Positions 53,430 to 64,000 of a stretch of DNA of 64,000 nucleotides are shown here, piece by piece. The notes beneath the pieces are model-generated. The model was not told the origin of the DNA. It did no database searches and saw only the letters and a list, made by a program, of their open reading frames with translations. The first letter of the stretch is position 1; each line of letters starts with the position of its first letter. The position numbers and the translations under genes are program-made. This DNA is from Lama glama (lineage: Eukaryota): the NCBI GenBank assembly GCA_028534125.1, contig CM052817.1:106270001-106334000 (forward strand). Direction: 5' to 3'.

Positions 53430-56400
53430 AAGTTAAAGGCAACTAGACAAATGCAGTCCCTTCTAGACTTCCTGTTGCACGTGGAGGAGAAAAAAGTAAA
53501 AAGACTAAGAAACACTTCTGAAGATCAAAGCCCAGGGACTGACGCCAGGAAAGGATGAACAGATTTAGTCACACGATTATAGAATGCATGTTCTCCAAAA
53601 CCTACTCACCACAGGAATATGGCGCCAGGATATTAATAGTGGATTACATCTGGGAGAGCTGCAAAACATACTCTATTTAAGAAAGTGTTCAGGGAAAACC
53701 AAAGACAAAGGGAGAAAAACAACAAAAAGGCTGGAGGAAACGAAAGCCTCTGGTGCCTAGAGCTGCAAACAACGTTAAATGTCTCTCTATTCTTACACAG
53801 ATTAATGTAAAACCTCACACTAAAAGCCAGATGCTCTTTGTTCCTATATCCAGATACATCATTTCCAGCTTTCAGTAAAAAATTACGAGGCATTTAAAGG
53901 CAAGACAAAAGCAAGTTAGAAAAGACAAAGAAAGCATCAGAACGAGACTTGTACATAACCCAGATTTTGTCATCAACAGATAGAGAATTTAAATATGTTA
54001 TGATTAAGTTTTTCTCTAATGGAGAAAAGTAAACCAGCTGTAAGAACAGAGAGATGGAAATACTGTGATAGAATCAGAAGAAGAATGCTAGAAATCAAGA
54101 ACACCGTAAAAGAAATGAAGAATGCCTTCTTGGATGGGCTGATGAGTAGACTGGACACAGTCGAGGAAAGATTCAGTGACCTTGAAGATTTGTCAATAGA
54201 CAGTTCCAAAACTGGAATGCCACAAGAAGGAAAGAGTGCAATAAAAATGGATAGGACTGCAAGAAGAAATGGACAAATATTTTATTATAGTTGGAGATTT
54301 AAATACACCTCTGTCAGGAAGTGACAGATCAAGCAGGTGGGAATTCAGTGAGGGTAGATTTGAACTGAACAATTAATCTAGATCTAGTTGCCTTTTATAG
54401 ACTATGTCACAAAACAAGAGCAGAATACATATTCTTCCCAAACTCACATGGAACATTGGCTAAGATCTACCACATTTGGAGTCATAAAACAGACATCAAC
54501 AAATGTAAAAGAATAGAAATCATACAAAATATGCTCTCAGACCACAGCAGAATTAAACTGAAAGCCAAAAAACAGAATGCTGAATAACTACAATATATTT
54601 GGAAATTAAAAAAAATTAACACATATGTTTCAAATAACACCATAATTAAGGAAGAAGTCTCAAGAAAAATTAAAAAATATTTTGAACTAAATGAAAATAC
54701 GACTCATCGAAAATGTTACAATGCAACAAGCATGAATACATCTATCAAAAAGAAGATCTAAAATCCGTAACCTAATCTTCCACTTTAGAAGACCACGGGA
54801 AAAAAAGCAACTTACATCCAAAAAGCACAGAAGAAAATAAATGATACAAAGTGGAGCAGAAATCAATAAAATTGTAAACAGAAAAAAAGTAGAGGAAATC
54901 AGTGAAAATAAATGTTAGCACTTTAAAAAGATCAATAAAATGAAAACTTTTAGCCAGCCTGACTGAGGGAAGAAAAGAAGGCACAAATTACTAATGTCAG
55001 AATGAAAGGACGTTACAACTGATCCCATTAAATAGATAATAAATGAATATTTTGAATAACTCTACATCCATGCATGTGATAACTTAGGTAAAATGTACCA
55101 ATTCTTTGAAAGACATAAATGAACAAAACTCATGCAAGGAGAAATAAATAACTGAATAGGTCTATTTCTATTAAAAAGCAATGAATCAATAATTTATGAA
55201 CTTTCAAGAAAGCAAGCACCAGGCTCAAATGGTTATCTTATGTATCTTATCAACCTTTTAATGAAGAAATTATACCAATTCTCCACGATCTCTTCCAGAA
55301 AATAGAAGCAGACTGCATTCAATAGATAAGGACTTTGTAAGAAAGGAAAACTGAAGATCAGCATCTCTCACACACACAGATGTAAAAATCACTGACAACA
55401 TTTGAAAAAATCAAATCCAACAATGAACAAGAAGAACTATTTTCCATGACCAAGCGGGATTTATTCCAAATGTGCAAGGCTCTTTCAACATTTGACAGTC
55501 AATTAATGTAACTCATCACATGAACAGACTAAAGATGAAATCTCATATAATCATGTTAATAGATATAGGAGAAACATTTGACAAAACCTAACACCCATTT
55601 GTGATAAAAACCTGAAGTGAACTAGGAATAAAGGGAAACTTCTTCAACTTGATAAAGAACACTTACCAAAAGTTCACACCTAATATCATACTTAATGGCC
55701 AGAAATTAGATGCCTCCCATCTACAATCTGAAGCAAAGCAGGAATGCCCTTTCTCTACTCCTATATTTTGCTGGAAGTCTTAGCTAATACAATGAGATAA
55801 TAGAAGGAGATAAAGTATATACAGGTTGGCAAGGGAGAAATCAAACTGTTATTATTCACAGATGATATGATTATCCATGCAGAAAATTCTCGAAGAATTG
55901 ACAAAAAAACTCCTGGAACCAATACACATTATAACAGCAAGTTTACCATATACAAAATAATGTGTAAACTCAATTGCTTTCCCACGTATCAGCAATGAAC
56001 AATTGGAGTTTGAAATTAAAAACACAATATTAGTTACATTAACACAAAAATAAAGAAAATACTGAAGTCTAAATCTCACAAACTAGGTCCCAGGCCCATA
56101 GGAGGAAAAATACAAAACTCTAATAAAAGAGACTGAAGATTTAAATACATGGGCAGAAAATTGATGTTCATGGATAAAAGACTCAATATCATTAAGAAAT
56201 CAGGTTTTTTGCAGCTCGATACACAGATTTAACACAATCTCATTCAAAATCCTAGTAAGTTAATTCTTTACCTAACAACAAACTGATTCTAAAGTTAATA
56301 CAAAAGACCAAAAAAGATCTGAGATAGTCGACACAGTACTGAAGCAGAGATTAAAGTTGGAGGATTTTGATACTCCTTGACCTCAAGACATGCTTATATA

Positions 56401-56530
56401 ATACTGTAATAATCAGGACAGCATCGTATTGGTATAGGAACAGGCAAAGAGATCAGTGGACAGAATAGAGTTGAGAAATAGGCACCTGGAAATATAGTCA
56501 ACTGATTTTTGTTTGACAAAGAAGCAAAGG
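53430..56530 (+). mobile_element. Old L1M: 5' region, start of ORF1, deletion, then ORF2
   Basis: ORF 54019-54324 is ORF1 coiled-coil-like (MLEIKNTVKEMKNAF..SRLDTVEERFSDLED), then jumps to the endonuclease motif 'atagttggagatttaaatacacctctgtca' (IVGDLNTPLS); RT motif 'ttattcacagatgatatgatt' (LFTDDMI) near 55853. Confidence 0.9.
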
Positions 56531-56534
56531 TAAG

Positions 56535-56736
56535 GCTTTGCTGCACAGCACCATGAACCTCTTCCAACCTGATCCTCCTTTCCCATCACCTTTCGCAGGT
56601 GCCAAACCTGCAGTGTGGTCTGAGGCTCTCTCTAGCACCATTAACTCCCTTGCCTTTTATCCTTTGCGGATACTTCTCCAATATATCTCTTGTCCTTCTT
56701 GGCATCGGCTTCCTTGAGTACCTGAGCCTACAGACA
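56535..56736 (+). mobile_element. ERVL LTR 3' fragment (LTR16-like)
   Basis: 'ccaatatatctcttgtccttcttggcatcggcttccttgagtacctgagcctacagaca'. Confidence 0.55.
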
Positions 56737-57524
56737 GTGCTTGCAACTCTGTGAGATCAAATATTTGTTAAATAATTAAATACGTTTTTGATCTGGTCAC
56801 ACTGCTGGAGAGTGCTTTAATTATGCAAACATAAAGCAAACAGCTTCTCTTGGTGAAGATGGAAGAAAAAAGAAGTCAAATAGAACTGAACTTAATTTTT
56901 TGTTTGGTAGTATAAATTGGGTGCATATTTTTAGCAGCTATGGGTGCACATTTGTTGTTTTTTACGTGTAGATTTTCTAGCCCTGAGCATTATTGCTCAT
57001 GGAAAGGATGTGCATGTTTACATTCAGCCAGTGGCTCACAGAAAATTTAATCAATAGGCTTCAGACTTGAAGAGAGCAGTTATGGACACTGTGTCAGCCT
57101 GCTGTGGTCAGTAGTCCCTGGGGAGGTGGACATTTTCAGTCTCAATTATCGGGGAGAATGGCGAGTCTTCTAACAGAGTGTATTGGGAGTGTAGCCTTAG
57201 GCTGGGAGGAGAAAAGAAAGGTCACTGCTTCCTTCTTTAGGAATGATTATGAGAATCCCTGAGGGATACAAACTTGCCTCAGTCACATGGTGACAATTAC
57301 GATCCAGGTGGGTACATATTCAGAAAGGGACACGAGTGATGCGAACTTGAGACTAGAAGTATGAAAGCTTCCTCATATTTGGTATTAAACTGTATTAAAA
57401 TTACCTTCAGTTATTCCCAACCTAATCCTATCTCAGCCTTGGGATATTAAAGAAGTGTCTGATTATACGATTTCCTTATTACACAAGGGATGCCTAACAT
57501 AAGGGGAACTAACCAGATCGTAAA

Positions 57525-57640
57525 ATGCTGTATAGCCAAGCTCTGGAGTCAAACCAGCTGGTCTCAGAGCCTTGCAACACTGCTTCCTAGCTTTGTAAAC
57601 TTTGCCTGAGTTTTCATCTGCAAAATTAAGATAACAGTGG
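57525..57640 (+). mobile_element. MIR fragment
   Basis: 'gctctggagtcaaaccagctgg...gagttttcatctgcaaaattaagataacag'. Confidence 0.65.
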
Positions 57641-57989
57641 CAGCGAGAAGCCATAATGAAATTTATGCTTAAACTAATCAACACAATTTATTCAGCCTGG
57701 CCTCAGTGCATCCCTACAGAAATGGGTGTGAGGCACATATGCATAAATCAATTCAAGAGACACAGTTTGTTACTTATACACATGGAAAGAGGTAGCCCAA
57801 CAAAATGACAACTGTCTTGCGGACATGAGAGCGATTTCAAAGCTGTGAAACAAAGCTGAGAAATCTAACATGGTTATCAAGCTGCATTTAAAGCCATTCT
57901 ATCCTGAATGTTTCACAAAAATAACCTGTATTATTTAAGCAAATTTAGGCTAAGTTTTATCCTTTTTCTTGGGAAAACTTTGCATTTAT

Positions 57990-58191
57990 ATTTTATTTAT
58001 TTATTTATTATCAATGGATAGTTGATTTACAATGTCATGTTAGTTCCTGGTGTGCAGCATAGTGATTCAATCATATGTGTCTATATTCTTTTTATGTTCT
58101 TTTTCATTACAGGTTACTACAAGCCAACTACTATGTACAGAAAAGATAAACAACAAGGTTTTATTGTATAGCACAGGGAGCTGCATTCAAT
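57990..58191 (-). mobile_element. Short L1 3' insertion with a 5' inversion
   Basis: Antisense tail to 'ggttactacaag' (about 58123), then the sense-orientation segment 'aactactatgtacagaaaagataaacaacaagg...tatagcacagggagctgcattcaat'. Confidence 0.75.
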
Positions 58192-58639
58192 GAATCCTAT
58201 TCATTTTTACTTACAAATTCCTAATATTCTATTTTGTTTCATAAAAAAATAAAACTTGTCTCAGAACAAAGATGCTAGGCAAAAAGCAATATTAACCAAG
58301 AATTTTGGATCATCTGACAGAAAAATCTAATAATTTTTCAATGTAAATACATTGTGTTAAAAAAAAGGAAGAATAAAGATTTTAGATTTGTGTTTCCAAT
58401 CCTTTTTACATCTGGACATAAACAGAAAATCAGAATATTTCTAATTAAACTGGAGTAAAAGGACAAGACTTCTTGACACTAGGGAGGTGGGGGCTCCACC
58501 TGCCCATTCAGTCCCTGCCTGGGCCCCCTGATGGAGGAAGCGGTCACCGTTTTGTTCTCACCTGTAAACTGTTCGTACCATACCTTCACTGAATGGCACA
58601 GAGTTTCGAAGCTCTATTCTAGAAAATTATAAAATGGGA

Positions 58640-60830
58640 GGAGTTAGGCATGGAAGGAAAGGGAAAACATGCAAAATTTTCTGTCTTAGGCATGAGAGCA
58701 GAAACACCAAATAACTATTCACGTCTGTAAGATGAACATGACTCATAATGTAATCCAAAATCTGTAGGTAACTACTAAAAGACTAAAATCGGAATTCATA
58801 ATTTCCAGTGGGTTGAAGTATAATAAATAATAAATAGAGGGGAAAGAGAATAAATAAGAGTCAAATACTTTAGAGAAGACGGGAGAAAAAAAGACAATGC
58901 AAAAATAAAAAAAGAGCAGAGAGAAAATGTAAAATAAGACAGCAGAAACTAATTGAAATATATTGGTAATTACAACAGTGTAAATGAATTAACCTCACAA
59001 ATATGAAAAGGCTGAGGTTTTCACATTGGCCATTAAAAAATCCATTTATCTGTAGTATACTAGACACTAGACATAGAATTTAGATTTGTTTATCTAAAAC
59101 AAAATGAACATGATTAAAAGTAAAGAGATAAGAAAAATATTCTAACAGACAAATACTGGCCAGATAAAGCTATCATATCAATATGATAGCATACAAAAAT
59201 TTAAGATAGAAATAGGGATATCATATTATAATATTAAAAACATCCACAAACATATGATTAACATTTATTTATTCACCTAAGAATATAGACACACGTTTTC
59301 AAAGAGACAAGTAACAGAATTACACAGAGAATTAAAACAAGAACATAATAAATGTGGTTAATACAACTTTCAAAGGAAAAGATAGCTCAAGCAGGCAAGA
59401 TGAGTAAATATATAGAAGGTTAGAAAAACATGATTAACTAATCTGCTATAACAGGTTCAGAGAGAACCTTTAACCCAGTAGAGATATGCATGATTTTACA
59501 ATAGACATTGAACATTTGTCAATACTGACATCTTGTAATCTAGGAAGGACGAGTCAAGCAACTCTGGAGACTCAGTATTATATCCTCTGACAACAAAGCA
59601 ATAAAATGAAAAATAATTAAGAATCAGGTTGTTCAAACAGAATCATATCGCATTTAAAAACTGAAAATACAGCCATCAATTATCCATAAGTTACAGTGGC
59701 ATTTAAGATACATTTAGATCTAGGATACGGTGAAATCATTACATCTCAAAACAACAAATTGTTACATAAGTAACTTTTCATATATATATATATATATGAA
59801 TATATATGTTACATAAGTAACTTTTCATATATATATACACATAAGTAACTTTTCATATATATATATGTTACATAAGTAACTTTTCATATATATATATACA
59901 CATAAGTAACTTTTCATATATATATATGTTACATAAGTAACTTTTCACATATACATATATATATATAGCAAAGCAAAAAAATTAAAAATGAGTAAACATT
60001 TAAATCAAGAAACAAGAGTAAGACATGTGCATAAATTTGATGAGATGGAGAATAAAAGAAACTGCCACCCAAATAGGACAAAACCAAAATGCAATTCTTT
60101 GAACATTAGAATAGAATAGAAAAAAAAATCATGGGACAACCTAATAAAAACAGAAACCAAACCAAACAAACAAAACCCCCCCCAAAGACACAACAAAACC
60201 CAACAATAAATGTAACATAAGGATATTAAATTAATCTACATACATATTTGGGGTTTCAAAGCCATTGGAAAATTTTATGAAATAATTCAGGAATCTAAAT
60301 TTGAAATTAAATTAAAAATACATTTTCAGGTAAACATAAATGATCAAATTAATTCAAAAATATATTTAAAAAACAGACGAAAAAGCAGAAGTTATACAAA
60401 TAGGCAAAATTTCACACAAACCCAGACATACAAACACACAGAGCCAAATTTTACTATCATTTAAAGACACAAATGATCCTTAATCCTTATCTTGAACAAA
60501 TTTTTCCACAGAATAAAAGAAGGTAGAGCTACCAGATTTATTTATTCAGTTTACATAATCTTTATACCAAAATTGGTGAAGGATTGTATTAAAAAAGAAA
60601 ATTACATAGGTCAGTCTCACTATCTTAATATAAATGCAAATCATTCTTCTAATTTAGCAAATTAAATCCAGCACCATATCCAAGATAAATCATGATCATT
60701 AGGCTTTTTCCGGAGAACGTTAGAATGGTTTATCAAGACATGCAGTAATGAAATTTACCACATTAACAGATCAAGGGAGACATGGAAGCGAAATTGTCTC
60801 AGAGGCAGAAAAAGCATTTTCTAAAATCAC
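58640..60830 (+). mobile_element. Very old L1M (L1ME-like) ORF2 remnants
   Basis: A-rich sense pattern with recognisable pieces ('tctcagaggcagaaaaagcattttctaaaatc', about DAEKAFDKI). Confidence 0.7.
59761..59966. repeat. Minisatellite: six copies of acataagtaacttttca plus (TA)n
   Basis: Units start near 59761, 59808, 59838, 59867, 59898 and 59928. Confidence 0.95.
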
Positions 60831-61440
60831 AGAGGTGGCAAGTGGCCAAGTTAGTTGTGTGAGTTTAAACCTGGGCTTGCTTGACTGTGCTTGCAATACA
60901 CCAGGGGAACTGAGAGAAAAGCTTCAGAAGTTTCCTATTTTTATGATGCCATGTGCTGTTTTGAACTTGCATCCCACACTAATTAATGTGAATCTGCCAT
61001 TTCTCTGCACTTTGTTCTGTTAACCATCCAACTTGACCTTCCTTTCTATCTCTCTACCATGTCTGCATTATTCTGACCTCCGTTGTAATTGACTTGCCAG
61101 GCCTTTGAGCTACCTGTGCATAACAGACTCAGTGTACATCAGTCCAGATTCTGAAACTATTTCAGGAATGCATCTAACGGCATCATTTTGCATCAAATCT
61201 TCAAACTGTTTTCAACTTTCTTAACTTACAAAATAATTCCACTAACATGAATTGAAATTAGTTAGAAATTCAGCATTGTGTAAGCTACCTACAATATAAA
61301 AATAGTCAAATATTCTTTATTTTGAACCAAATTAAGTAGCTATATAGTTTCTATATAGGTTTTTGTATCAATTAAAATGCATTTACTTAGAGAATATTTA
61401 GTCTGGAATCTGTAAAATCTGTGGAATTTATACTTAAGAA

Positions 61441-61868
61441 TTTTTATTGAGGTATAATTGATATATAATAATATATGTTTCAGGTGTACAACATAGTGAT
61501 TTACAATGTTTAAAGGTTATATTTATTTTATAGTTAATATAAAATATTGGCTATATCCTCTGTACAATATATTCTGGTAGCTTATTTATTTTATAAATAG
61601 TAGTTTGCACCTCTTAATACCCTCCCCCAATTTGCCCCTTCCCTTTCCCTCTCCTCACTGATAACCAGTAGTTTGTTCTTTATATATGTTTATTTTCTTT
61701 CTGTTATATTCACTCTTTTGCTTCATTTTTTAGATTCCACATACAAGTGATATCATACAGTATTTGTCTTTCTCTCTCTGGTGTATTTCACTTAGCATAA
61801 TGTCCTTCAGGTCCATCCATGTTGCAAATGGCAAAATTTCATTCTTTTTAATGGCTGAGTAGTATTCT

Positions 61869-61899
<31 letters not shown>

Positions 61900-61957
61900 A
61901 TACTACATTTTCTTTATCCACTCATCTGCTGATGGACACTTAGGATGCTTCCATTTT
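61441..61957 (-). mobile_element. L1 3' end containing (TG)n
   Basis: ORF 61730-61921(-) EYYSAIKKNEILPFATWMDLKDIMLSEI...DKYCMISL; (TG)n near 61869-61896. Confidence 0.9.
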
Positions 61958-61959
61958 AA

Positions 61960-64000
61960 CTACAATGTGTCTCCGTGTGCTCCTCTTTGGGTTAATCCTA
62001 TATTGGACTCTGCACTTCCTGGACTTCGATGTCTGTTTCCTTTCCCAAGTTAGGGAGATTTTTAGTTATTATGTCTTTAATCATGTTCTCAGCCCCTTTC
62101 TCACTCTCTTCTCCTTCTGGGACCCCTATTACACAAATTATTAGTGCACTTGACTTTGTCCCAGACGTTTCTTAAACTGTCCTAATTTCATTCTATTCTT
62201 TTTTCTTTTGTTCTGTTCAACATTGGTGATTTCCACTACTCTGTCTTCCAGCTTGCTCATCCATTCCTCTGTATCATTTAGTCTACTATTGATTCCTTCT
62301 GTGTACTTTTCATTTACATTCTTGTATTCTTCATCTCTGTTTGGCTGTTCTTTATATTTTCTAACTCATTGTTAAAAAATTCTAACTTCTCATTCTGTGT
62401 ACCTATTTTTCTCCCTAGTTCTTCGATCATTTCTACAATCACTATCTTAAACTCTTTCTTGAGGGAAGAGTTGCCTACCTCTACTTCACTTAATTCTTCT
62501 TCTGGGGTTTCATATTGCCTTCTTTTGGGACCTGGTCCTCTGCCATCTTGTTCTTCCTAACTTACTATTTTTATTTTTATGGACCTGGTAGGTTGATTAT
62601 GATTCTCAACCTTGGAGAAGTGGTCTTTTGTTAGACATGTTCTATGCATCTCAGTAGCACAATTTCTTTTTGTCACCAAAGCTATTTGCTCCATGAGGGA
62701 GCTGCATGGTTCCTTCTGTCAAGGTGGGCTGACTGTATGGGCAGTCTGTTAGAATTGATTGCCCCCAGTCTTGTTGGTTGCCAGATCCTGTCTTGTGCAG
62801 AGGCTGCTGGCCACTGGTTGGCAGGACTAGATCACAAGACAGCAGTAACCTGGAGCTGCTGGGCTACAGGTGGGTGGAGTCAGGTCCTGGAGACCCCAGG
62901 GCTATTGCCCAACCACTGATGGGCAGAGTCAGATCCTAGAGTCTGATTGCAAGACCCATGGATTCCAGAACTGGTGCTGGATCATTGGTAGGTGGGGTCT
63001 GTTCCTGCCACAATTTGCTGTGGGGCCGGGAGTCTCTTAAAGCTTTTGTTGGCTTCCTAGTGAGTAGGACCAGCTGTCAGCCAGTCTCAGGGCAGCATCT
63101 GGCCTTCTAGTGAGTGGGTCAGGTCCACAGGCTGCAGGGCTGCAGTTTTCTCATGCCTGGTATCTGCCTGCTGCTCTTGGCCTGAGGATAGAGCAGGCTC
63201 ACTGGTGGATGAGGTCAGGTCCCAGGGCAAGATCTGGCCTGCTGATGGGTGGATCTGGGACTGAGGGCCTCTGGCTGGATGACTTTGGCTGTCTTTGATC
63301 TAGGGCCTGGGGTGCATGGGACCATGTCCAGGCCCCTCTGCTGGGCAGGGCAGGGTCCAGAGGTAGCTGTGGGCTCAGGGCATCTTAAGGCAGCATATCT
63401 GCTGGTGGGTAAGGCTGTATCCGTGCCCAGTTAGCTACTCGGCCTGAGGTGCCCCAGCTCCGCTGCTTACAGACAGACTGTTGAACCAGAATGGGGCTGG
63501 ATCCGGAGGCTCATAAGCTAGAGGAAGGATTCCAGAATGGTGTTTGCAGCACCAGTGTCCACATGGTGTAGAAGGAACCTCCCCGAATGGCTGCTGCCAG
63601 TATCCATGATCCCAGAGTGAGCTTCATTTGCTTCTTGACTCTCCAGGGGATTCTCCAAGATCAGCAGGTGGGTCTGACCTAGGCTTCCATTAAGTCATGG
63701 GCTTTTCCCTGGGTCTGGAGTTGAAGCTTGTGAAATTTTGTGTCCACCCCTTAAGAGGGAAGTCTCGATTTCCTCCAGCCCTCTGGGACTCCTAAATTAA
63801 GCTCCACTTGCCTTCAAAAACCAAACGCTCTGTATGTATATGTATAACTGAAACTTGGTGCTGTACACCAGAAATTGACACATTGTAACTGACTATACTT
63901 CAGTTAAAAAAATAATGCTCTGAGGGCTCATCTTCCCAGTGCAGGGCCCTGTGCTGCCGAGCCTGACATGGGGCCCTAACCCCTCACTCCTCACCTCTGC
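61960..64000 (-). mobile_element. L1 ORF1 and GC-rich 5' region, running off the window end
   Basis: Antisense ORF1 pattern ('tctctccttctgggacccctatt', 'ctgtcttccagcttgctcatccattcctctg'), then a GC-rich, internally repetitive 5' region. Confidence 0.75.
63833..63913 (+). mobile_element. Very short young L1 3' tail nested in the older L1
   Basis: 'tgtacaccagaaattgacacattgtaactgactatacttcagttaaaaaaaa' flanked by aacgctctg / aatgctctg (TSD with a CpG-type change). Confidence 0.8.

Noticed and set aside
59761..59966. CRISPR-like repeat-spacer appearance
   Set aside because: Spacers are just (TA)n, the DNA is mammalian and there are no cas genes; it is a minisatellite.
62640..64000. GC-rich block as a possible gene promoter or CpG island
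   Set aside because: CpG-poor and contiguous with antisense L1 ORF1; best explained as an L1 5' region.

Overview
Mammalian, gene-poor, repeat-rich genomic DNA, most likely camelid (a Vic-1-type tRNA-derived SINE plus artiodactyl/camelid-type L1 3' tails). I find no intact protein-coding gene. Most of the window is decayed transposable elements: old and young L1, L2, MIR, MaLR/MLT, ERVL internal fragments and several ERV1-type solo LTRs. There is one 500-N assembly gap. The main non-repeat signals are (1) a 5'-truncated processed pseudogene of MYBL2 (B-Myb), with C-terminal CDS, 3'UTR and A-tail, interrupted by a solo LTR; (2) a tentative, heavily decayed PIF/Harbinger (HARBI1-like) transposase fossil near 52.0-52.5 kb; (3) a stop-free candidate exon with canonical splice sites near 8.8-9.0 kb; and (4) several unique blocks that look like conserved non-coding elements. 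Structural oddities include internally inverted ERVL proviral relics, two 5'-inverted L1 insertions, a chimeric L1 tail and a minisatellite with higher-order structure. All family names and protein alignments come from visual recognition and memory, not database searches, and repeat boundaries are approximate.
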